UHGV virus genome: UHGV-1421865
DNA from: a virus
Length of the DNA stretch: 64,000 nt
Strand: one strand, 5' to 3'
The notes beneath the pieces were generated by a model. It ran no database searches. It had not been told where the DNA came from and saw nothing but the letters and a program-made list of their open reading frames with translations. Below are positions 56,136 through 64,000 of the stretch, piece after piece. A program made the translations under genes and the position numbers. The first letter of the stretch is position 1; every line of letters starts with the position of its first letter.

Positions 56136-57998
56136 TCACACAGAAGCAGATCGTCTGTCGGAGATATTGTCTTTATCGAACCATAATGTAATAGCGGCAT
56201 CCGCAGCGTCGTCTTTTGTGAAATAGAGATAGTTCTTACTTCGCATCATCTCTTTGTACTGTGCCGTATTCTGTCCACCGAGACCTTTGATGTGTTTGAT
56301 GTCGCAGCCTTTCAATTTTGACGGATACTTCTTTTGGAAATCCCTAAATTCGTCTAATGTATAGAAATTATAACTATCTTTCTTCGACGATGCGATGATA
56401 ATAGGACTGATAACACGGCAGATTAGTTTCTGTTCGAACAGTTCGGGGAAATGATTAAAGAACACTAACAACAGCGACGCAATCTTATCCCCGTCATAGT
56501 CCATATCGGTAGAGATAACGATACGAGAGAACTTTAGATCTTTTTTATTATTGTATTTGCCCCATTGTAGACCTATCACTTTTACGATGTCGTTAAAGAC
56601 TTGGTTCGTCATCACCTTGGTTGGTTTAAGCCCATAGGTATTGAGGGGAACACCGCGCATTAGATAACCGGCTTGATTATCCGGATTTCTACCGGCTCTG
56701 AATCCCGATGCCGCGGAATCGCCTTCGAAAATCCATAGTTCGTTGTCCTGAGTCTTTTTAGAGTTACAGTTGATGAACTTGTCGTTACGAAGTAGCTTAC
56801 CGGCGTCTTTATTTAGTTTTCGTAGCTTCTTTGCGTCTTCGGCTTGCTCTTTCTTGGTATACCAGTCTAAGATGTTGTCGATAATCTCAGACTTCAGAAC
56901 TTTGTTTATAACATCTTGCGATAGTTCGTAATTGGGGTCCTTCGACAGGTTGTTGGTAAGACATTCTTTCGTCTGTGAGTCGTAAGTCGGATTATATACG
57001 GTGAATTTACAAAACAAGCTATACTGTGCGTCTATGGACTGCAATGTCGTTTGTATTTTCTTCTTTTTAAGTAAGAACTCTTGAATAGCCTTATTAAGTA
57101 CGCTCTTAATAGACTGAATGTGTGTGCCTCTGGAACATTCTACACCGTTTACAAAGCCTACTGTTACTTGTTTATCGTCCGACGGCAGTATGGTGTATTC
57201 TTTAATTGTATCCTTATATGATACTACTTTATTAGATACATCAAGACCGTACAGTTTAATATAGTCGTCAAAGTTGCCGAATTTGAATTTGTGGTGCTCG
57301 GTATTGTCGTTATAAGTCACTTCGAGACCTGGATTCGCAGCGGCGGCGTCGGCACATCGTTTGATAATAAGCGGTACAATGTCTTTAATAGAGAAAGCTT
57401 CGAATCTACTGTCGTCGATAACAAATATCGTCCGCATATAATGTTTCTTAGACGGCTTTACTTTTAGATCGTCGCAGAGCTCCCGCATATTGTTCTTCCA
57501 TGTACGATGGTATGCTTTCTTGCCGTCGGCACATTCGATAACAAATTCTTTAGAGAAGATATTGGCCAGCGACGCACCGACACCGTTTGTTCCGACAACA
57601 TTGCGGGACTCATCGTCGTTATAATTAGAAGATGTACGAAGTCGACCGAAAATGAACTCGGGAAGATAACAACCGGCGGTGCTGTGCTTTTGAACGGCGA
57701 TACCCCCGTTGTCTTCTACCGTTACCTTGTTTGTCTTCAAGTCGATTGTAACATTGATTTTATTAAGCCCCATATTAGAATCGCGACGGTATTCGTCGCA
57801 CGAGTTTGAGATAACTTCGTCGATAATCTTCAACACACCCGGTACGTAACTAATTTCCGACTGAACTATTACGTCACCCGACCAATGATAGGTATTAGAC
57901 TGCGTTAGTTTAGTCGATCCGATGTACATACCCGGACGGAGGAGGATATGATCTAGTTCGTCTAATTCTTTATATATATCTTCAATTTTCTTTTTCAT
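56136..57998 (-). CDS. Type II DNA topoisomerase ATPase/Toprim subunit (T4 gp39-like / GyrB-like), 620 aa
   Basis: N-terminal LDHILLRPGMYIGS (GHKL ATPase) and Toprim ELWIFEGDSAASG. There is no breakage-reunion domain, so the partner subunit must be encoded elsewhere. Confidence 0.9.
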   Translation of the reverse strand: MKKKIEDIYKELDELDHILLRPGMYIGSTKLTQSNTYHWSGDVIVQSEISYVPGVLKIIDEVISNSCDEYRRDSNMGLNKINVTIDLKTNKVTVEDNGGIAVQKHSTAGCYLPEFIFGRLRTSSNYNDDESRNVVGTNGVGASLANIFSKEFVIECADGKKAYHRTWKNNMRELCDDLKVKPSKKHYMRTIFVIDDSRFEAFSIKDIVPLIIKRCADAAAANPGLEVTYNDNTEHHKFKFGNFDDYIKLYGLDVSNKVVSYKDTIKEYTILPSDDKQVTVGFVNGVECSRGTHIQSIKSVLNKAIQEFLLKKKKIQTTLQSIDAQYSLFCKFTVYNPTYDSQTKECLTNNLSKDPNYELSQDVINKVLKSEIIDNILDWYTKKEQAEDAKKLRKLNKDAGKLLRNDKFINCNSKKTQDNELWIFEGDSAASGFRAGRNPDNQAGYLMRGVPLNTYGLKPTKVMTNQVFNDIVKVIGLQWGKYNNKKDLKFSRIVISTDMDYDGDKIASLLLVFFNHFPELFEQKLICRVISPIIIASSKKDSYNFYTLDEFRDFQKKYPSKLKGCDIKHIKGLGGQNTAQYKEMMRSKNYLYFTKDDAADAAITLWFDKDNISDRRSASV

Positions 57999-58009
57999 AC
58001 ATTTATTTA

Positions 58010-58140
58010 TAGCGATTTTTGTGAACTGAATCAGTGCATATCATGTAGTGAATCAACATGTTTACATACAAAAAATCAATGTAGCCAATATAATTAAAAT
58101 GTGAAATCCGTTATACACTGATTTTTACATATAAGAACAA
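58010..58140 (+). promoter_or_regulatory. Cluster of TTTGTGA-N-AAAATCAGTGTA-type motifs upstream of the DUF285 gene block
   Basis: tttttgtgaactgaatcagtgcat and aaaaatcaatgtagcc, plus an inverted copy tacactgatttttac, all within 130 bp upstream of 58151. Confidence 0.35.
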
Positions 58141-58150
58141 AAGAATTCTA

Positions 58151-58696
58151 ATGTCACTTTCAACATTCATCACAGAACGATTAAAGATTACATCTAACTC
58201 TAAATCAGCTATACACAAACCATCGTCGAGAGACGAACTCAAATCTATTATAGAACAAGAACTGGAACGTCAAGGTCCGGATGCCGATTTGAACCATATT
58301 GACGTATCTTACATTACAGATATGTCTTATTTATTTTACAAATTAAACATCGAAAACATTAAAATCGACCAGTGGGACGTTTCCAATGTCACTAATATGG
58401 AAGGGATGTTTTATGAATGTAGTAATTTTGAAGGCAACGGCCTAGAAAACTGGGACGTATCGAACGTCACTACTATGGAAGATATGTTCTCTTGGTGTAA
58501 AAAGCTAAATGTAGATTTAAGTTCTTGGAATGTCACCAATGTTAAAAATATGAGTTATATGTTCTATTTTTGCGAACGTTTCAATTGTGACTTGTCTGAG
58601 TGGGATGTGTCGAAAGTAATCAAGTATTATATGACATTTGATAAATGTCCTAATATGGGAACTAATCCACAACTTCAACCAAAATTCAAACAGTAA
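58151..58696 (+). CDS. DUF285-type repeat protein family member (181 aa)
   Basis: MSLSTFITERLKITSNSKSA...ERQGPDADLNHIDVSYITDMSYLF, then repeats. The 3' 215 bp are identical to 53172..53810 in inverted orientation. Confidence 0.7.
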   Translation: MSLSTFITERLKITSNSKSAIHKPSSRDELKSIIEQELERQGPDADLNHIDVSYITDMSYLFYKLNIENIKIDQWDVSNVTNMEGMFYECSNFEGNGLENWDVSNVTTMEDMFSWCKKLNVDLSSWNVTNVKNMSYMFYFCERFNCDLSEWDVSKVIKYYMTFDKCPNMGTNPQLQPKFKQ

Positions 58697-58702
58697 TCAA
58701 CA

Positions 58703-59299
58703 ATGGCAATACACATCACATCAAATACAAAATCTCTCAGAGTAAAACCTACGGACGAAACAGAATTACGTGACATTGTCGAACAAGAGTTAGACAGTCA
58801 AGGTCCAGATGCCGACCTGAACTTCATTGATACGTCTCTTATAACAGATATGAGGGGGCTATTTTATAGTTTTAGAGGTATTAGAAATATCAAGATAGAC
58901 AAGTGGGACACTTCAAATGTTTTGGACATGCGTTCTATGTTCGGCAAATGTTACGAATTAAACACTGATCTATCTAAGTGGGACGTTTCAAATGTTAAAA
59001 ATATGTCACACATGTTCATCGAATGTTATAAATTCAATTCGGACCTATCCGGTTGGGACACATCAAGTGCGGTTAACATGGAATCTATGTTCGACAGCTG
59101 TACAATTTTTGAATCCGACTTATCCGAATGGAATACCAGTAAAGTTACCCACATGTCTAGTATGTTTCAAAAATGCTCTAAATTCGAGTCTGACCTATCC
59201 GCTTGGGATGTATCGAATGTCAAAAAGAACGGTGGGATGTTTTATATGTGTACTAAAATGATGGGTAAAAAACATCTACAACCTAAATTTAATATATAA
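58703..59299 (+). CDS. DUF285-type repeat protein family member (198 aa)
   Basis: MAIHITSNTKSLRVKPTDETELRDIVEQELDSQGPDADLNFIDTSLITDM, then five repeats. Confidence 0.7.
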   Translation: MAIHITSNTKSLRVKPTDETELRDIVEQELDSQGPDADLNFIDTSLITDMRGLFYSFRGIRNIKIDKWDTSNVLDMRSMFGKCYELNTDLSKWDVSNVKNMSHMFIECYKFNSDLSGWDTSSAVNMESMFDSCTIFESDLSEWNTSKVTHMSSMFQKCSKFESDLSAWDVSNVKKNGGMFYMCTKMMGKKHLQPKFNI

Positions 59300-59304
59300 A
59301 TAAT

Positions 59305-60081
59305 ATGTCACTTTCAAAATACATCACAGAACGGTTAAAGATTACGTCGAATACAAAATCGGCCAATAACCAACATACATTGTTTCCTAAAGATTTAAAG
59401 GAGCTCCTACCGATATTAGAAGATGAAATTAAAAAACAAGGTCCAGATGCTGACTTGAATCACATTGACGTATCGCAAATTACAGAAATGCACGATTTAT
59501 TTTATAGAATTTACATTAGAAACATCAAAGTCGACAAATGGGACGTGTCGAATGTAGTGAATATGCGTAAAGCGTTTACTGGTCATAAAGACTTTAACGC
59601 TGACCTATCATCCTGGGATGTATCAAATGTAGAGAATATGCGTAGTATGTTTGAAGGATGCCCGAACTTCAATGCTGACCTGTCAGAATGGGATGTATCT
59701 AAGTGTAGAGATTTCTGTAACGTATTTAATGGATGTGAAAAATTCAACCATGATCTGTCTAATTGGGATGTTTCTAAGGCTTGGATTACAGCAGGTATGT
59801 TTCAGGATTGTAATAGTTTTGAATCAGATTTATCTTCTTGGAATGTATCTAATGTAAAGGACATGAATAGGATGTTCCAAAACTGTTGGAAATTCAATTC
59901 CGATCTGTCTGGTTGGAATGTATCAAAAGTTGAAACAGTATCACAAATGTTCGAGAATTGTACAAGATTTAGAAGTAATTTATCTAAATGGGATGTAAAT
60001 CGTGTAAAAACTTGGTATAAGTTCAGTGCTGAGTGTCCAAATTTTAATGATAAGAGTAATTTGCCTGAAAAACTTAGATAG
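59305..60081 (+). CDS. DUF285-type repeat protein family member (258 aa)
   Basis: MSLSKYITERLKITSNTKSA...KKQGPDADLNHIDVSQITEM, then seven repeats (WDVSNVVNMRKAF ... WNVSKVETVSQMF). Confidence 0.7.
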   Translation: MSLSKYITERLKITSNTKSANNQHTLFPKDLKELLPILEDEIKKQGPDADLNHIDVSQITEMHDLFYRIYIRNIKVDKWDVSNVVNMRKAFTGHKDFNADLSSWDVSNVENMRSMFEGCPNFNADLSEWDVSKCRDFCNVFNGCEKFNHDLSNWDVSKAWITAGMFQDCNSFESDLSSWNVSNVKDMNRMFQNCWKFNSDLSGWNVSKVETVSQMFENCTRFRSNLSKWDVNRVKTWYKFSAECPNFNDKSNLPEKLR

Positions 60082-60113
60082 ATTTAAACAATACTAACTA
60101 TATTTAATACACT

Positions 60114-60965
60114 ATGTCACTTTCAAAATACATCACAGAACGATTAAAAATTACGTCAAATAGCAAATCGGCTACTAGACTAAAACCTAAAACAAGATAT
60201 GAGCTTAGTTCGTTGATAGGGGAAGAATTAGAACGTCAAGGTCCCGATGCCGATTTGAACTTTATCGACACATCGGATATTACAGACATGTCTGAGTTGT
60301 TTTCTGGGTTTAACATAGAAAACATCAAAATAGACCAGTGGGACGTTTCTAATGTCGATAATATGTATCGTATGTTTAATTTATGTACTAGCTATAATGG
60401 TGACTTGAGCAATTGGGACGTTTCTAATGTTGAGAACATGTATGGTATGTTTAACGGTTGTATGTCATTTACCGGAGAAGGTATAGGAAATTGGAATGTC
60501 TTAAATGTTACTAATATGTCGACAATGTTTATGGGTTGTAAAGTATTGAATCCTGACCTATCTGGATGGGACGTTTCTAATGTCAATGACATGCGCGCTA
60601 TGTTCGATATGGCAAATTCTTTTGAAGGGAAAGGTTTAGATAAATGGCGTACCACCAAGCTTACTGATACAAAACAGATGTTTTATGGTTGTGATAATTT
60701 CAATTGTGACTTGTCTGACTGGGATGTGTCTAACGTAACAACCATGTTATCTATGTTTGAGTCTTGTTATAAATTTGATTCTAATTTGGGTAAGTGGGAC
60801 GTTAGCAATGTGACGGATATGAAATTTATGTTCAGAAACTGTTATAATTTCAAAGGCATCGGTTTGGAAATGTGGAATACTTCAAATGTAATTACAATGA
60901 ATTCAATGTTCGACGGTTGTAAGAAATTAAATGTCGATTTAAGTTCTTGGAATGTTTGTTTCTAA
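60114..60965 (+). CDS. DUF285-type repeat protein family member (283 aa), 3'-truncated relative to its paralogs
   Basis: MSLSKYITERLKITSNSKSATRLKP..., then eight repeats. It ends abruptly at ...KKLNVDLSSWNVCF-stop, where paralogs continue TNVKNMSYMF... Confidence 0.65.
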   Translation: MSLSKYITERLKITSNSKSATRLKPKTRYELSSLIGEELERQGPDADLNFIDTSDITDMSELFSGFNIENIKIDQWDVSNVDNMYRMFNLCTSYNGDLSNWDVSNVENMYGMFNGCMSFTGEGIGNWNVLNVTNMSTMFMGCKVLNPDLSGWDVSNVNDMRAMFDMANSFEGKGLDKWRTTKLTDTKQMFYGCDNFNCDLSDWDVSNVTTMLSMFESCYKFDSNLGKWDVSNVTDMKFMFRNCYNFKGIGLEMWNTSNVITMNSMFDGCKKLNVDLSSWNVCF

Positions 60966-61044
60966 AGTAGGACCTTATAATACATTTAAGCTAAAATCTG
61001 GCACCCACCCAAATTCAATATCTAAAAATAACACAGTTTCACTA

Positions 61045-61506
61045 ATGTCACTTTCACAATACATCACAGAACGACTAAAGATTACATCTAATAGTAAATC
61101 TGCAACAGTGACACCAAAGTCAAGAGACGAACTCAGATCTCTTATAGAAAAAGAATTAGAACACCAAGGCCCAGATGCTGATCTAAATTTCATTGATACA
61201 TCTGAGATTACCGATATGTCATACCTGTTCGAAGACTGTAATATCAGAAACATCAAAATAGACGAATGGGATGTCAGCAATGTAACTGATATGCGCGGCA
61301 TGTTTGTTTGGCGTAAAGATTTCAATTGTGACTTGTCTCGTTGGGACGTATCTAACGTCACAAACATGACTGATATGTTCAACACCTGTAAAGAATTTAA
61401 CTGTGACTTATCCGGTTGGGATGTATCTAATGTTGTTAAGCATTTTAGTGTATTTTTTAACTGTGATAAGATACAAGATAACATGACTCCTAAATTCAAT
61501 AAATAA
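61045..61506 (+). CDS. DUF285-type repeat protein family member (153 aa; the track ORF 60952.. has a spurious 5' extension)
   Basis: MSLSQYITERLKITSNSKSATVTPKSRDELRSLIEKELEHQGPDADLNFIDTSEITDM, then three repeats. Confidence 0.7.
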   Translation: MSLSQYITERLKITSNSKSATVTPKSRDELRSLIEKELEHQGPDADLNFIDTSEITDMSYLFEDCNIRNIKIDEWDVSNVTDMRGMFVWRKDFNCDLSRWDVSNVTNMTDMFNTCKEFNCDLSGWDVSNVVKHFSVFFNCDKIQDNMTPKFNK

Positions 61507-61523
61507 ATAAATAAATCAAAAAT

Positions 61524-62051
61524 ATGAGTTTACAAAAATACATCAAAGAAGCACTGTCGCCCGGTAGCTTTAATAACAAACCTACTACGACACAAGAACT
61601 CAGAGATCTTATAAAAGAGGTGTTTGATAAACAAGGACACAATGCCGACCTGAACTTCATCGATACGTCGTTGATTACTGATATGTCCGAACTATTCAGA
61701 GACCTTTATCCCCAAAACATCAAAATCGACAAATGGGATGTCTCTAATGTGACGAAGATGAACCACATGTTTGTCGATTGTATGTATCTTAAAACAGATA
61801 TTTCTGATTGGGACACCAGCAATGTTACAGATATGCAATATATGTTCTGTAATTGTAGTTACTTCAACGGTGACTTGTCCGGTTGGGACGTATCTAACGT
61901 TACTAACATGGATTTGATGTTCAAAGGTTGTGCGCGACTGGAATGCGACTTATCCTATTGGGATGTCGACAATGTAGAAACTCACTTCGACGCTTTTGAA
62001 GGTTGTGAAAAGATGACCGATGAAATGCTACCGAAATTTGAATTTTCATAA
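61524..62051 (+). CDS. DUF285-type repeat protein family member (175 aa; variant N-terminus)
   Basis: MSLQKYIKEALSPGSFNNKPTTTQELRDLIKEVFDKQGHNADLNFIDTSLITDM, then four repeats. Confidence 0.7.
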   Translation: MSLQKYIKEALSPGSFNNKPTTTQELRDLIKEVFDKQGHNADLNFIDTSLITDMSELFRDLYPQNIKIDKWDVSNVTKMNHMFVDCMYLKTDISDWDTSNVTDMQYMFCNCSYFNGDLSGWDVSNVTNMDLMFKGCARLECDLSYWDVDNVETHFDAFEGCEKMTDEMLPKFEFS

Positions 62052-62840
62052 ATGAAACTACAAAAATTCATCACAGAACGGTTAAAGATTACGTCTAAGT
62101 CAAGACCACTCAAACTAACAGAACGTACATTGTTTCCGACTAACTCCGGGCAACTTAAAGCTGTAATAAAACATGAATTGAAACATCAAGGTCCGGATGC
62201 CGATTTGAACCATATCGATACTTTTAAGATCACCGATATGTCTAAATTATTTGAATCTCTACAAATCGGAAACATCAAAATCAACGAATGGGACGTCAGT
62301 AATGTCACTAATATGAGGTTCATGTTTAGCGGGCGTACTAAATTCAATTGCGACTTGTCCGGTTGGGACGTCAGTAATGTAACAGATATGGGGTTCATGT
62401 TTAGTAGTTGTACGTTATTTGAGGGTGGTGGTTTAGATCATTGGGATACGTCCAACGTGGCAGATATGGAACAGATGTTTTACGGTTGTGAGAATTTCAA
62501 TTGTGACCTATCTAGTTGGTCTTCGCGTGTCTCTAATGTGACAAATATGAACGGTATGTTTTCTGGAGCTGATAAATTTGAAGGTAATGGTTTAGATCAT
62601 TGGGATACGTCCAACGTGACACGCATGCGTGCTATGTTTAAGGGTTGTAAGGTTTTTGAAAGCGACATATCCGGTTGGGATACGTCAAATGTTGAGGACA
62701 TGTCGTATATGTTTATGGACTGCGGTAAGTTCAAATCAAATCTATCAGGCTGGAACGTATCTAAATTAGGCGGTCCTCAGATTAATATATTCAAAAATTG
62801 TCCTAAGATGATACCTCCGTTGAGACCTCGATTTGAATAG
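62052..62840 (+). CDS. DUF285-type repeat protein family member (262 aa)
   Basis: MKLQKFITERLKITSKSRPLKL...KHQGPDADLNHIDTFKITDM, then seven repeats. Confidence 0.7.
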   Translation: MKLQKFITERLKITSKSRPLKLTERTLFPTNSGQLKAVIKHELKHQGPDADLNHIDTFKITDMSKLFESLQIGNIKINEWDVSNVTNMRFMFSGRTKFNCDLSGWDVSNVTDMGFMFSSCTLFEGGGLDHWDTSNVADMEQMFYGCENFNCDLSSWSSRVSNVTNMNGMFSGADKFEGNGLDHWDTSNVTRMRAMFKGCKVFESDISGWDTSNVEDMSYMFMDCGKFKSNLSGWNVSKLGGPQINIFKNCPKMIPPLRPRFE

Positions 62841-62868
62841 TGAAATCTAACTTAGCTGATTTTCATAT

Positions 62869-63381
62869 ATGAAACAGGAATTCATATATAACCGAAACAC
62901 AATGCCCGCGTCGTTTAAGGATATTATTTCTGAACGACGCGGTCGTCTTTATACACAGTATCTCGATATTTGTCTGTATCGGTACTTTTTAGACTCGAAA
63001 CAACTACGGGCTATTATAACCAGTACAAATCCGGACATCAAGACCGACAAAGACTATATTAAGGAGATATATAACAAGTTTACTATAATAAACCGTTCTA
63101 AAGCGAACTATGTCGAATGCCCAAGAATTCTACTGATGCCGAAAGACGTTCGTATATCGTCACCTATCGACGTCGACTTGACAGATTATTGGAACGACGT
63201 GATTGAGATAGAACCCAGCAAGCTGACTGCACAGGAGATAGGTCATAAAGAATTAGTGTATCTTGATTATGTTAACGGGCAAGCGCGACTGCGAGACAAG
63301 ATAGAACAGGACATTACTAATTACGATTTTGACGTGATACCCGACGAGCTGCACATTGCAGACGAATATAAACTTAATTAA
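62869..63381 (+). CDS. Hypothetical protein, 170 aa
   Basis: ORF with no recognised motif. Confidence 0.45.
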   Translation: MKQEFIYNRNTMPASFKDIISERRGRLYTQYLDICLYRYFLDSKQLRAIITSTNPDIKTDKDYIKEIYNKFTIINRSKANYVECPRILLMPKDVRISSPIDVDLTDYWNDVIEIEPSKLTAQEIGHKELVYLDYVNGQARLRDKIEQDITNYDFDVIPDELHIADEYKLN

Positions 63382-63387
63382 AACAAT

Positions 63388-64000
63388 ATGAGCTTATTTA
63401 GTAGTTTAGGCGGTGCGTTGCGGAACGGACTGCGTCTCGGTGTCGCACAAGGTATCAAAGACGGGCTCAAATTAGCGACTAACGAATCGGCCGGTGGTAA
63501 TGGGTACGAATACTATAAACATGCCGATTCTATACCAGTTAACTTGTATTCGCTACGCAGTGCAGGTATTTCGGCTAATGATAAGTCTACAGTAGAAAAC
63601 GACGACAGCACCAATCCTGGTATGAAACCCGTCAATGCACAAAACATAAAAGAAAACGGTGATGTACTTGTTACAAAGTATATTAAAAACGATGCGTACA
63701 GAGATTCCGATAAAATGGACATCGCCGTTCCTTCTTGGGGGTACGATGACTTTATAAATACCCGGGCTATATTCCAAAAAGGGATTCACTCGCCGTTTTC
63801 TTTGCCTGGCTTCTTTTATTTTAAGGTATTCTTTAAGTTCGATACACAGCACGGTCTTTTCGGCGGCATCTTAAATAATGGCAACTCAAAAAGCGATCAC
63901 AATTATACAACACAAAACGTAGAGCAAGACAAAGACGGTAATAAAAAAATAGTAGATAAAAAGCACACGGAAAGTGTAGATGGTATTTATGTCGGCACAA
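63388..64000 (+). CDS. Hypothetical protein, N-terminal 204 codons (runs off the window edge; not in the track)
   Basis: Manual in-frame reading from ATG 63388 gives MSLFSSLGGALRNGLRLGVAQGIKDGLKLATNESAGGNGYEYYKHADS..., with no stop through position 63999. Confidence 0.5.
   Translation, partial: MSLFSSLGGALRNGLRLGVAQGIKDGLKLATNESAGGNGYEYYKHADSIPVNLYSLRSAGISANDKSTVENDDSTNPGMKPVNAQNIKENGDVLVTKYIKNDAYRDSDKMDIAVPSWGYDDFINTRAIFQKGIHSPFSLPGFFYFKVFFKFDTQHGLFGGILNNGNSKSDHNYTTQNVEQDKDGNKKIVDKKHTESVDGIYVGT

Overview
This window looks like one contiguous segment of a large, AT-rich (roughly 38-40% GC by eye) double-stranded DNA bacteriophage genome. Gene packing is tight, rho-independent-type hairpin terminators are frequent, and tRNA genes are clustered. 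The gene content is mosaic. It has nucleotide-metabolism and replication genes: serine hydroxymethyltransferase, NrdG, Dam-type and Dcm-type methyltransferases, DHFR, a ThyA-family enzyme nested between the two halves of a split NAD-dependent DNA ligase, the N-terminal half of a T4-gp43-like family B DNA polymerase, a gp39-like topoisomerase II ATPase/Toprim subunit, a DEDDh exonuclease, a RuvC-like resolvase and a MazG-like protein. It has structural and lysis genes: a 1601-aa protein with about six tandem Ig-like repeats, a 2045-aa tape-measure-like protein with internal transmembrane-hairpin repeats, and a CHAP peptidase. Two minus-strand tRNA clusters (about 18 tRNA or tRNA-like genes) contain an embedded TnpB pseudogene. 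Three features stand out: (1) a 16-member DUF285-type ('WDVSNVTNM..MF' repeat) paralogous gene family with a shared N-terminal module, pseudogenised copies and a roughly 215-bp identical inverted repeat between two members; (2) an 8-copy, roughly 140-150-nt conserved structured intergenic element; (3) the split NAD-ligase/thyA and split PolB arrangements. Two edge-truncated ORFs that are not in the supplied ORF track (minus strand 1..2436 and plus strand 63388..64000) were read directly from the sequence.
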